Source: Desulfobulbales bacterium (GTDB taxonomy: Bacteria; Desulfobacterota; Desulfobulbia; Desulfobulbales; BM004). From it: a DNA stretch of 59,973 nucleotides. A program made the translations under genes and the position numbers. Position 1 is the stretch's first letter; each line of letters opens with the position of its first letter. Where the stretch lies: NCBI GenBank assembly GCA_041598875.1, contig JBFHXP010000004.1, positions 1 through 59,973 of the forward strand, written 5' to 3'. The notes below the pieces were generated by a model. The model was not told the DNA's origin and did not search any database. It was given only the letters and a program-made list of their open reading frames with translations. This document shows positions 41,848 to 51,555 of the stretch, piece by piece.

Positions 41848-42900
41848 ATGGAAACAAACCGCAGTTCACGTGAAAAAAATCTGAAAACCATCGGCGTTGC
41901 CATGAGTGGTGGGGTCGACTCGTCGGTGACCGCTGCCCTGCTGCAGCAGGAGGGGTACACGGTCCGGGGCTTTTTCATGAAACTGGCCCAGCCCGATTTT
42001 GCCGCACAGGCGGCCCGGGTCCAGCGGGTGGCGGACCAGCTGAACATATCCCTTGAGGTACTTGATCTTGCCGAGCCTTTTAGCAGGGAAGTGCTTGGTT
42101 ATTTTCGCAATTCATACTACCAGGGCCGAACCCCCAACCCCTGCATGCTCTGCAACCGGCGGATAAAATTCGGCCGCCTGCTCGCGGCCGTTTCAGACCG
42201 CGGCCCGCACCTCATGGCCACCGGCCACTATGCCCGCATCGAGCGCGATGAAAAGGGCTTGCCCCTGCTCTTCAAGGGACTTGATCCCAAAAAGGACCAG
42301 TCCTATTTTCTCGCCCGACTGCAGAGAGAACACCTCCACCGCCTCCGCTTTCCCCTGGGCGTCTACACCAAGGACCGGGTCAGGGAAATTGCCGCGGAGC
42401 TTGGCCTCAAAGGGCTCCACGGCCAGGAAAGCCAGGATGTCTGCTTTCTCCAGAACAAGAGCCTGGGGGAGTACCTGGACCGGGAACCGATTCCCGGACC
42501 GATCATGACCGCGGAAGGAAAAATTCTCGGCCGCCACCAGGGAATTCATACCTATACCGTAGGCCAGCGCCGGGGCCTCGGCCTGCCCGATGCCACCCCC
42601 TGGTATGTGATCAATCTTGATCCAGCGAACAACGCGGTGATCGTGGGCAAGGAAAAAGAGCTCTGGCAGGAGGAGCTTGTTGCGGAAGAGATCAACTGGC
42701 TCTCCGGGATTGAACCTCAGGCCGGTGATTTTCAGGTGAAAATCCGCTACCGCCACACCGCGGCGCCGGCACGAATCCTGGCCAACCCCGACGGGTCTGT
42801 TACCGTGAGATTCCATGAGCCGCAGCGGGCAATAACCCCCGGCCAGTTCGCGGTCTTCTATCTCGATGATCTGGTTGTCGGATCCGGTGAAATTCTCTAA
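41848..42900 (+). CDS. mnmA: tRNA 2-thiouridylase
   Basis: AMSGGVDSS, TPNPC..CN, ATGHY, KDQSYF, ESQDVCF, TPGQ. Confidence 0.96.
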   Translation: METNRSSREKNLKTIGVAMSGGVDSSVTAALLQQEGYTVRGFFMKLAQPDFAAQAARVQRVADQLNISLEVLDLAEPFSREVLGYFRNSYYQGRTPNPCMLCNRRIKFGRLLAAVSDRGPHLMATGHYARIERDEKGLPLLFKGLDPKKDQSYFLARLQREHLHRLRFPLGVYTKDRVREIAAELGLKGLHGQESQDVCFLQNKSLGEYLDREPIPGPIMTAEGKILGRHQGIHTYTVGQRRGLGLPDATPWYVINLDPANNAVIVGKEKELWQEELVAEEINWLSGIEPQAGDFQVKIRYRHTAAPARILANPDGSVTVRFHEPQRAITPGQFAVFYLDDLVVGSGEIL

Positions 42901-43026
42901 GAGCCTGTCGGAGAATTCCCCAAAAAAATAACAGCCATCCTTTTCCACTATTCATGCTTATAGTATCCTTTAGAGTTGCCAAACAACCAATCACTCAGGA
43001 GCCTGCGGGAGAAGTCCGACAGACTC
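42901..43026. repeat. short element with terminal inverted repeats (family 2, MITE-like)
   Basis: GAGCCTGTCGGA ... TCCGACAGACTC (11/12 inverted match) with internal direct copy GAGCCTGCGGGAGAA. Confidence 0.5.
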
Positions 43027-43063
43027 CACGGTCAGCACAATCTCACGCACAGGGGGTAGCGCC

Positions 43064-43300
43064 ATGAAAAAAAATGTTGGAAACAGTGAAAGGGGTATCA
43101 GGATCGCGGTCGGGCTTGCCATACTTTCTCTCACCATTATCGGACCCCAGACCCTCTGGGGCCTTCTGGGGCTGATCCCTCTGGCCACCGGCATCACCGG
43201 ATGGTGCCCCCCCTATCATCTTCTGGGTATAAATACCTGTAAAAACGGGGCGTCCTCATGCGACACCGGGGGCAAAAAGGGTGGTTGCTGCGGCTCCTGA
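43064..43300 (+). CDS. DUF2892 (YgaP-like) membrane protein
   Basis: KNVG..ER..R, GLIPLATG..GWCPPY..LGINTC; GGCCGS tail. Confidence 0.9.
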   Translation: MKKNVGNSERGIRIAVGLAILSLTIIGPQTLWGLLGLIPLATGITGWCPPYHLLGINTCKNGASSCDTGGKKGGCCGS

Positions 43301-43341
43301 CTTTTGACTTCAGGCATCTTGAATAATCATGATTTTCAAGT

Positions 43342-43443
43342 GAGATCAAAGAAGTATGTGCTCAACACACCCCAGCAGGTCGAGCACATACTTCCGCGGA
43401 GCAACCACCGGGAATTTTAAAAACGGCGTTTTCGGGCAAACAC
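43342..43443 (-). repeat. diverged core of family 1 palindromic repeat
   Basis: GAAGTATGTGCTC..GAGCACATACTTC hairpin; colinear with 59891-59973. Confidence 0.75.
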
Positions 43444-43624
43444 GGGTTGCCGCCCCCGTGACAATCAAACAATTCTTTACAATCCCAGACAGGTATGTTT
43501 GCATTACCTGTAATTTTACTCTTCCAGAAATCACTGATCGGTACTGTACAGATATTCCGCACCACTATGCGGAGGGAAGGATCGGCAACATTGCCGCTCC
43601 CCTTCAGGAGTACTGAAACTGACC

Positions 43625-44449
43625 ATGAATACCAGTCGAAAAAATTCTGCGAATATCGATTTCATCATTGCCCGGGAAAAAAAGAAACAGGCCATGAAAA
43701 ACATCATGACCGGTATTCTGGTCGTGTTCGCCATTTCTCTGGTGATCACCGCCCTGGCCACCATCACCACCATTACCCGGGAATATATTTCCGGGCCGAC
43801 CCTGCAACCAGGTCCTGCAAGACCTCCCGATCAACCGGATGATCTTACGGATATCCACCCTTTTCCAAAAGAAACACTCCTGGAAGAGATTGTGGTGCCG
43901 GATGGAAACATGCCCGGCCCTGCGGATGACCGGGCCTCACTTGATCCCATTGCCCGTATTCTCGCCCAAGGGCAGGGAATTGAGAACGACACCCCCTCTC
44001 CCGGCTATGATGCTGAAAAAGAAAAAACCCCTGCCGTCCCCGAACCGGTTCCGGTGCGAGAAATTGTTTCAACGAAACAGATAAACAAGGATGGTGCCCC
44101 GCAGGCTGCAGGCCAACGGCCGGAACAATCAGCCCCCCATCCGGCCGAGACTCCCCAGATGGAACCATCAGGGAAGAGCACGGACCTTCCGGGAAAATAC
44201 CCCCTGGCCTCCACCCGAATCTTGACAGCGGCGGACCTCGCCGGCATACCCGCTTCTGAACTCAAGATAATGCGCAACGAAATATTTGCCCGCCACGGGT
44301 ACATTTTTACCACCAGTTCAATGAAGGATTACTTCACCGGCCAGCGCTGGTACCAGCCGAAACATGCCTCTGTCACCGGGTTGCTTTCTCCGGTGGAGGT
44401 GGCCAATGTTGAGTTTATTCAAAGAACCTCTCAGAAAAAAACAAAATAA
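43625..44449 (+). CDS. membrane-anchored YARHG-domain protein
   Basis: N-terminal TM, Pro-rich linker, LKIMRNEIFARHGYIF..YF....WY. Confidence 0.85.
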   Translation: MNTSRKNSANIDFIIAREKKKQAMKNIMTGILVVFAISLVITALATITTITREYISGPTLQPGPARPPDQPDDLTDIHPFPKETLLEEIVVPDGNMPGPADDRASLDPIARILAQGQGIENDTPSPGYDAEKEKTPAVPEPVPVREIVSTKQINKDGAPQAAGQRPEQSAPHPAETPQMEPSGKSTDLPGKYPLASTRILTAADLAGIPASELKIMRNEIFARHGYIFTTSSMKDYFTGQRWYQPKHASVTGLLSPVEVANVEFIQRTSQKKTK

Positions 44450-44515
44450 CACCTCCCGCGCGACTCATTCCGGAGAAGTTCCGGCTGTCTGCGGGGCACC
44501 ACTCACGACCCATGA

Positions 44516-45191
<676 letters not shown>

Positions 45192-45195
<4 letters not shown>

Positions 45196-46508
45196 AATGT
45201 GGGTAGACAGGCGCTGGGATCTTCACAGGGTTTTCCAAAAAGATACCCCTGGCCGTAATCCACCCCGAGCTCCTTGAGTTTTTCATATTCCGCCCGGGTC
45301 TCGATACCTTCGGCAATAACCTGGGATTTTATTCCCCTGGCCAGGCTGACCATGGCCTTGATAATTTCCTGCTTGATATAACTGGTGTCAATATCCCGGA
45401 CCAGGGAGATATCTATTTTCATGTACCCGGGGTGCAGCTCCATGATCCGCTCCAGATCAGCATTGCCGTGGCCGATATCGTCACTGGCATGGACTATGCC
45501 GATATCCGAATAATCCTGCATCGCGTTGCGGAAGAGATCATAATTATCAATCGCCAGCTTTTCATTGACCTCAAAAACCACATTTTCCGGCTTCATCTTC
45601 AGGTCCGCAAGCAACTCCTTGAGATAGGCGCCGCGAAACTCCGGGTCGTGGATGGTCATGGTCAGGGTGTTGACAAAAAATTTCTTGTCGCTCTTGATCG
45701 GGCGGATGCTCTGAAAGGCCTGTTTCCGGCAGAGACTGTCCAGCTCAAAGGAAAGGCCGAACTCACTGGCCAGGAGAAAAAGAAGCAGCGGGCTGGCAAA
45801 TTCCGTATCCACCGGTCCGCGGGAGAGGGCCTCGTAGCCGATGATCTCCAGGGAAGTTAAGGCAACGATCGGCTGAAAAACCGTCTTGATCTTCTCTTCA
45901 ATGATAATCTTCTGCAGATTATAGCGACTGACATTTTCCTGCTTCATGGCCATGAAATCGCCCATTTTTTTGGAACTGGTGATGAGCTGCATGACCAGGC
46001 GCATATTGTTGATCATCGGATTGTTGATGACCAGGGCAAAACCCACCGACGGCCGGGAGTATTCTTTTATATACGGCCGGAACACCTCGAATATTTTCTG
46101 GTCAATGGTCACCCGGGTCCGCTCGGCAATAGTCTCCAGGTGGTTGAGAATCTGGGTCTCCCTCTCCCGGGGAGGCGACAGAAACATGATAAAGGTGTCC
46201 GAGTCAAAGAGATCAACAACAAAGATATCATCAGAACGGAACTCGTCTTTCTTAAGGGTCTTGAGAATTTCGCTGACATGATCAAGGAGGTTATTGTAGG
46301 CGGTGCTGCCGTACTGGTACTCTATCTTGTTCAGCTGCGGAATCTGCACGGTAATGCAGGCCATGAAACGGGAATCAACAAGAATTCTCTCAACAGACTC
46401 GTACTCCTTTATGACCGTCGAAATCCCAAGGTATTTGTTGTAGTAAAAATCCTTGTGTATGGAAACGGACATATAGTGCTCAATGAGCTTTTTCTCAGTT
46501 TCATTCAT
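45192..46508 (-). CDS. EAL-domain protein with degenerate GGDEF-like N-terminal domain
   Basis: FQPI, YEALSR, FVN, FEVNE, DDIG, KID, AEGIE, QGYLF. Confidence 0.9.
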
Positions 46509-46794
46509 CCAGCCACCTCTTTGACTTCTCAAGGAAAATACAGAGCACAGTTACTTCATGAAAATACCTGGGATATTCTACCAGAATTGGTAAAAATTTC
46601 CAGGCCATCTTTGTATGGTTCTGGCCCAGGACACGGAAAAGAAAAGAAAAAAAGCACAATAAACCTTGCCCAGCGGCGGTGCCTCTGTGTTATAGTATAT
46701 CATATCAGTGACTGCGGCGGACCACCGACCCAAGACCTCGGCAACAGGAGACCGCCACCATAATTGCGGACCCATTCCACCACAGGAGAGTCTC

Positions 46795-47382
46795 ATGAAC
46801 GCACTGCTTCGCTTCAAAAAAATCGCGGCCAAACAGAATATCCTCTTTGATGAATTCTTCCTGGAATACAACGACATCGAATTTATCGCCTTTAACTTTA
46901 ATGCCCAGGGATCGGCATTGTGCCGATGCGACGGGGTGCTGCAGGCAATCGACAAGAACACGGTTGCCAAAATCCTTTTCGGTGTCACCACCGCCAGGCT
47001 CGATATTTTTGTCAGGGGGATTTATAATCCGGATTGCCACTCGGAAGACCTGAAGAAAACCGCCGGCGAACTGGTCTTCAACCAGAGCGAACTCAACGAA
47101 CTGTCCAAATATTCCCTCGGAAACCTGGCCAAGGAAATTCACAAGAAGCTCGAAGAACACCATGAGGTCATGTTCAGCTATTATGAAGAAGAGATCGAGG
47201 GCGGACAGACCGGGGAAGAGCCCGCCCCTCCCCAGTCAAAGCTCCTGCGCGGCAACACCAAGAGCCTTCTTTTCCACAACCCGGGGTGCATCAACTACGA
47301 CGGCAAACAGTGCACCGCTAAATTCGTAAGCAGGAAAGAGGCGGTGTCTTCCGGCTACAAACCATGCAAGATCTGTAATTAG
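46795..47382 (+). CDS. hypothetical protein with C-terminal Ada-type metal-binding domain
   Basis: GN..S..FHNPGC..F.SRKEA..GYKPCKIC; AGGAG RBS. Confidence 0.75.
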   Translation: MNALLRFKKIAAKQNILFDEFFLEYNDIEFIAFNFNAQGSALCRCDGVLQAIDKNTVAKILFGVTTARLDIFVRGIYNPDCHSEDLKKTAGELVFNQSELNELSKYSLGNLAKEIHKKLEEHHEVMFSYYEEEIEGGQTGEEPAPPQSKLLRGNTKSLLFHNPGCINYDGKQCTAKFVSRKEAVSSGYKPCKICN

Positions 47383-47615
47383 TTTTCATCCGGAAACGCC
47401 ACTTTTGAAAAATCTCGGTGTCAATCCGCAGAAGCATGTGCTCGACGTACCCCAGTACGCCTGCGCATACTTCCTTGATCTCCTGGATCTTTTTAAAAAT
47501 TGTCTGCTTCCGGATTAAAAACAGCTAAGTGTAGCCATCCGGGGAAAAAAGACTTTCCGGATGGACACTAATAAATGCCCGTCCCGGAAGGTTGTTTGTT
47601 TCCGGATAAAAACTA
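47380..47615 (+). mobile_element. full-length family 1 MITE-like repeat (47380-47570) plus adjoining short unit (47571-47615)
   Basis: Ends TAGTTTTCATCCGGAAA / TTTCCGGATGGACACTA; long internal hairpin; roughly 90% identical by eye to the 59803 copy; mobility is inferred. Confidence 0.7.
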
Positions 47616-47630
47616 TTTAAGGAGTAGTAT

Positions 47631-47975
47631 ATGAAAAATATGTATTATTATGCCACATGCCTGGGCCTGGCCCTTTTTTTTATGGCGGGATGCGCCACAA
47701 TAGAAATTGTGAAAGAGGGCCCTGCAGAAACCGCCACAGAAAAGCCCGTGGAAAAGCCCCGGGAGCTCTCCCCCCTTGACTCCTGTGCCGACACCCTGAC
47801 TTCACTCGTCGAAGAGGCCAGAAAAACCATGCGCTCCACGGAAACCCTCTGCAGCGGCCTTCGCTTTGAGGCAACTCCCATGTGGGACATGAATTACGAT
47901 GGCACGGTCCATGTCCGGGTATATGATACCGAGGGAAAAAGCGTGCTCGATGAAATGAGAAAACCGCAGAAATAG
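47631..47975 (+). CDS. putative lipoprotein
   Basis: Signal peptide with MAGC lipobox; AAGGAG RBS. Confidence 0.75.
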   Translation: MKNMYYYATCLGLALFFMAGCATIEIVKEGPAETATEKPVEKPRELSPLDSCADTLTSLVEEARKTMRSTETLCSGLRFEATPMWDMNYDGTVHVRVYDTEGKSVLDEMRKPQK

Positions 47976-47982
47976 AAAAAAT

Positions 47983-48954
47983 ATGCAAAACACCGGCAGG
48001 CTTCCCTGGGAATCCGGCGCCACCCCCCTGATGCTTGCCCCGATGCAGGGCCTGACCAATCGGGCCCTGCGCGCCCTCTTTTGCGACCGCTACTGGCCAG
48101 ACATTGTTTTTACCGAATATGTCCGGGTGCAATCCGGCGCGGCAAAACCCATTTCCGACACTGACCGCCACGAGGTGTCCTCCGGCGAGAGCAAAACTCC
48201 CCTGGTGGTTCAGTTAATCGGCAGCGACCCCGGCGCCCTGACCAGGGCCGCGGAAACGGTACAGAGCCTGGGCACTTTTCATCTTAACATCAATCTCGGA
48301 TGTCCTTACGGACGGATGTCGGGAAATACGGCCGGCGGTGCGCTGCTCAACAACCCCGAGCCTCTTGCCCGCCTCCTTGGCGCGCTCCGCCCGGTCATCA
48401 GAGGAAGTTTTTCCGTAAAACTTCGCGCCGGCATCAACTCACCCGACGAGATATTTTCCTTGCTCCCCCTGTTTGAGGCCCATGATATCGACTTTCTCAT
48501 TATCCACCCGCGAACGGTCCGGCAAAGATACTCCGGCCGGGCCGACCACGGGATTACTGCTGAGGCGGTCAAAAAAACCAGGCTGCCGGTTATTGCCAAT
48601 GGAGATATCTTTACCACCGAAGACGCCGGGCGGATTCTTGCCCAGACCAATGCCGCCGGCCTGATGCTCGGTCGCGGAGCGATCAACGACCCCCTGCTTT
48701 TTCAGAGAATCCGGGGAAACCACAGGTCGGTCTCCACCGGCCAGGAGCGGATCCGTGAACTCCAGGGCTATCTGCAGGAACTTCTTCCGCGTTATCAGGA
48801 CATCTTTTGCGGCGAACAGCAAATTCTTGCCAAGATCAAGGAGGTAATTACCCTGATACAGTGTCCAGAGAATGAAAAACATCTAAAAAAACTCAAAAAA
48901 TCCGTCACCATAAAAAACTTCTCCCTCCTCCTTGCCACCATGACAGAGACCTGA
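47983..48954 (+). CDS. tRNA-dihydrouridine synthase family protein
   Basis: LAPMQG, VQLIG, NLGCP, SVKLR, IHPRT, IANGDI, MLGRGA. Confidence 0.9.
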   Translation: MQNTGRLPWESGATPLMLAPMQGLTNRALRALFCDRYWPDIVFTEYVRVQSGAAKPISDTDRHEVSSGESKTPLVVQLIGSDPGALTRAAETVQSLGTFHLNINLGCPYGRMSGNTAGGALLNNPEPLARLLGALRPVIRGSFSVKLRAGINSPDEIFSLLPLFEAHDIDFLIIHPRTVRQRYSGRADHGITAEAVKKTRLPVIANGDIFTTEDAGRILAQTNAAGLMLGRGAINDPLLFQRIRGNHRSVSTGQERIRELQGYLQELLPRYQDIFCGEQQILAKIKEVITLIQCPENEKHLKKLKKSVTIKNFSLLLATMTET

Positions 48955-48998
48955 AAACATCGATCCTTCCGGACCATTGTCCAGTCCAGCAAATAAAC

Positions 48999-49027
48999 TT
49001 GCTATTAAATACGCTCCATGCTAAGAT
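48999..49027 (+). promoter_or_regulatory. putative sigma70 promoter of the cold-shock gene
   Basis: TTGCTA-N17-TAAGAT with extended -10 TG. Confidence 0.5.
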
Positions 49028-49211
49028 ATCAGATGTTGCGCAGTGCCTGTTTGTAGAAAAATTCGAAAAAGAGACAACCGCACGACTGGATAAAATACTC
49101 GTGCGGTTTTTTTTATTTACTCAAACAAGCTGCATGCCGCCTCTTTACCGGAGATGCGGCGAGAAATCACACGGCTCCCATAATGGAGCCCACCACACAA
49201 GGAGTAGTAAA

Positions 49212-49412
49212 ATGGCTGAAGGTACAGTAAAATGGTTTAATGATTCTAAAGGGTTCGGATTCATCGAGCAGGACGGCGGCAAGGATGTTTTTGTTCATCA
49301 CACCGCGATCCAGGCCGAGGGTTTCAAATCCCTTACCGAAGGCGCCCGCGTCTCTTTCGATATCGTTGATGGCGCCAAGGGCCCGGCTGCCGAGAACGTC
49401 CGCCAGCTGTAA
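49212..49412 (+). CDS. cold-shock protein (CspA family)
   Basis: [27 protein letters not shown]. Confidence 0.97.
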   Translation: MAEGTVKWFNDSKGFGFIEQDGGKDVFVHHTAIQAEGFKSLTEGARVSFDIVDGAKGPAAENVRQL

Positions 49413-49431
49413 TCCATCTGGTTAGTTCATG

Positions 49432-49464
49432 AAAAAAGCCCCGCTTGATGCGGGGCTTTTTTTT
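49432..49464 (+). terminator. intrinsic terminator after csp
   Basis: A6-GCCCCGC-ttgat-GCGGGGC-T8. Confidence 0.88.
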
Positions 49465-49623
49465 CGCCCGCCTCCTGCCCGCAAAAAACCCTCTCCGCGC
49501 TTCACCAACACGTCAGAATATGATACAGTAACCTGTGTTCCATATCGAATCTCTCTTTCCCGCTGTTTTCAACGGAAAAGAGAAGGGCCCACAAGATCCT
49601 GTCTTTATTGCTCGAGAGACCTG

Positions 49624-50274
49624 ATGACCAGCAAGCTGACTGCGTTGTTTCCGAATCTGGCCGCCAATTCCACTTTAATTAAGCACATACTTGAAAAAGG
49701 AATCAATCAATCCTTTCCTGCGGCAACCCCGATATACTGGGAAGGCGATGCCTGCTCGCATATTGCCTTTCTGCTCAGCGGAGAAATCAGGGTCTATAAA
49801 TCCGGCCAGACCGGTCGGGAAATCACCCTCTATGAAATCGGCCCCGGTGACACCTGCATTCTCAACGCATCCTGTATTCTCTCCAGTTCAAATTATCCGG
49901 CCAACGCGGTCACCAGAAGCCAGGTTGATGCCCTGCTCCTGCCGGCCCGTGAGTTTCAGAAATTAATGGCCGAATATGCAGAGATAAGAAATTTTGTCTT
50001 TTCACTTCTCAGCATGCGCTTTTCCGAGGTCATGGCACTTCTGGAGGAGGTGGCCTTCAACCGCATGGACGAGCGCCTCAATGAATACCTGGTTGAAAAA
50101 TCGGAAAATAACCTCCTGGAAGCGACTCATCAGGCTATTGCCAACGACCTGGGCACCTCCCGCGAGGTGGTCAGCCGACTGTTGAAAGAGATGGAGCGCC
50201 AGGGCAAAGTGCAGCTGGCCCGCAACTCCATCAGACTGCTTGACCAATCAAACCTCACCGTCAGTGGTGACTAA
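49624..50274 (+). CDS. Crp/Fnr-family transcriptional regulator
   Basis: GREITLYEI.PG.TC cNMP-like fold and THQAIANDLGTSREVVSRLL HTH. Confidence 0.92.
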   Translation: MTSKLTALFPNLAANSTLIKHILEKGINQSFPAATPIYWEGDACSHIAFLLSGEIRVYKSGQTGREITLYEIGPGDTCILNASCILSSSNYPANAVTRSQVDALLLPAREFQKLMAEYAEIRNFVFSLLSMRFSEVMALLEEVAFNRMDERLNEYLVEKSENNLLEATHQAIANDLGTSREVVSRLLKEMERQGKVQLARNSIRLLDQSNLTVSGD

Positions 50275-50302
50275 GTCACAAAAGATCTGTGCCCAAGTCA
50301 CA
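50266..50302. promoter_or_regulatory. tandem palindromic operator sites
   Basis: GGTGACtaaGTCACA and TGTGCCcaaGTCACA, 22 bp apart, upstream of the DUF2892 gene. Confidence 0.55.
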
Positions 50303-50387
50303 GCATGTCTCATTCTTCCTGTGTACAGTGCATCAAAACGTACTGACAGCACCGTGCTGTTACAACTGTCACATCAGGAGGAAGAAA

Positions 50388-50651
50388 ATGAAAAGAAACA
50401 TCGGAGATGGTGAAAGATTTATCAGGGTACTGGCGGGGTCCGCTTTACTGGCCATGACCTTTGTCGGCCCCCGGGCACTTTGGGGTTACCTGGGCCTCGT
50501 GCCGCTTCTTACCGGGCTTATCGGCTGGTGCCCCCCGTATCAAATTCTCGGTATTTCCACATGCTCCAGAAAGAAGGAAGGCCTTGTCAACAGCTGTTGC
50601 AGATCGACACCAAACCCCGGAAACACCATGAAAGCATCCCCGGAAAAATAA
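50388..50651 (+). CDS. DUF2892 (YgaP-like) membrane protein
   Basis: KRNIG..ER..R, GLVPLLTG..GWCPPY..LGISTC; AGGAGG RBS. Confidence 0.9.
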   Translation: MKRNIGDGERFIRVLAGSALLAMTFVGPRALWGYLGLVPLLTGLIGWCPPYQILGISTCSRKKEGLVNSCCRSTPNPGNTMKASPEK

Positions 50652-50662
50652 AGGAGCGTATC

Positions 50663-50992
50663 ATGCCGCGATCAGTATTTACTGCCGTTTACTCTGCTAT
50701 TCCCCGGCTGACTGTGATCCTGCTTGCCGCAGGTATCATGCTGTCACTGCTTGTTCCTGACCACGCCCAGGCACACCATGCCGACGAACTGCTCGCGCTG
50801 GCCGGCAAAAATCTTGCCTCGGCCCAAGCGGCACTGGAGCAGGGAGATGAACCTGCGGCCCGAACGCTGATCGCCAAGGCGGGCGATTTTCTGGAGCGGG
50901 CGCGCAAACTTGAGCCGCACATAGTTACAGACAGCAAGCAGGAAGCACTCTATCAGGATCTTGTTAAACTCCTTTCACCGCCTGATAAATAG
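50663..50992 (+). CDS. exported hypothetical protein
   Basis: Hydrophobic N-terminus with AQA cleavage-like site; AAGGAG RBS. Confidence 0.65.
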   Translation: MPRSVFTAVYSAIPRLTVILLAAGIMLSLLVPDHAQAHHADELLALAGKNLASAQAALEQGDEPAARTLIAKAGDFLERARKLEPHIVTDSKQEALYQDLVKLLSPPDK

Positions 50993-51229
50993 TGTCCGCC
51001 CGGGCGCGACCTGACCCGACCAGCCCGAGGATTTCCCTCCCCAAAAAAAGTTCGTGCCATCTCAAAGGCCGTTGGACAGTGTCCAGCGGCCCTTGGTCGT
51101 ATTCCGCCCTCATCTCCATCTGCCAAATTACTCTTTTGTCGTGCAGAGAGGTCCCATAAAAAAGAAAAACCTGGTATCATGAAACTCGCATGCCACGATA
51201 CCACCTGACCTTTTTTGCGGAGCAGCACC

Positions 51230-51421
51230 ATGACCTTTTCATGCGGCAACCACGATATTGAAACCGACAGATGCACCAGGTTGAAAAGACGGTGCATAAT
51301 GGGTCGGCGCGGTTGTGTCCTTGAGGGAAAGGTTAAGCTGAGCGAGGAAATTCTCGCGCTCCTGCAGGAGCATGAGGAAACCACGGAGCCCCTGCCAGTG
51401 AGAAGACGAACCAGAAAATAG
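51230..51421 (+). CDS. small Cys-rich hypothetical protein
   Basis: FSC..C.RL..C..GRRGCVL.GK; GGAG RBS. Confidence 0.6.
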   Translation: MTFSCGNHDIETDRCTRLKRRCIMGRRGCVLEGKVKLSEEILALLQEHEETTEPLPVRRRTRK

Positions 51422-51555
51422 CCACCTCCCCACCCACCATCTCCCCCAAAACACATTCTTGTGGACTCGGAAGCTGTTTTTCATGTAACATACGGAACTA
51501 TCAAAAGAAAGAGCCATTATCAATCAGATGAAACGTCTAACTACTGGTCAAAAAA

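Noticed and set aside
48999-49211. N-terminal extension of the cold-shock protein given by the ORF track
   Set aside because: Strong AAGGAG RBS at the canonical [10 protein letters not shown] start; the upstream part is promoter and leader
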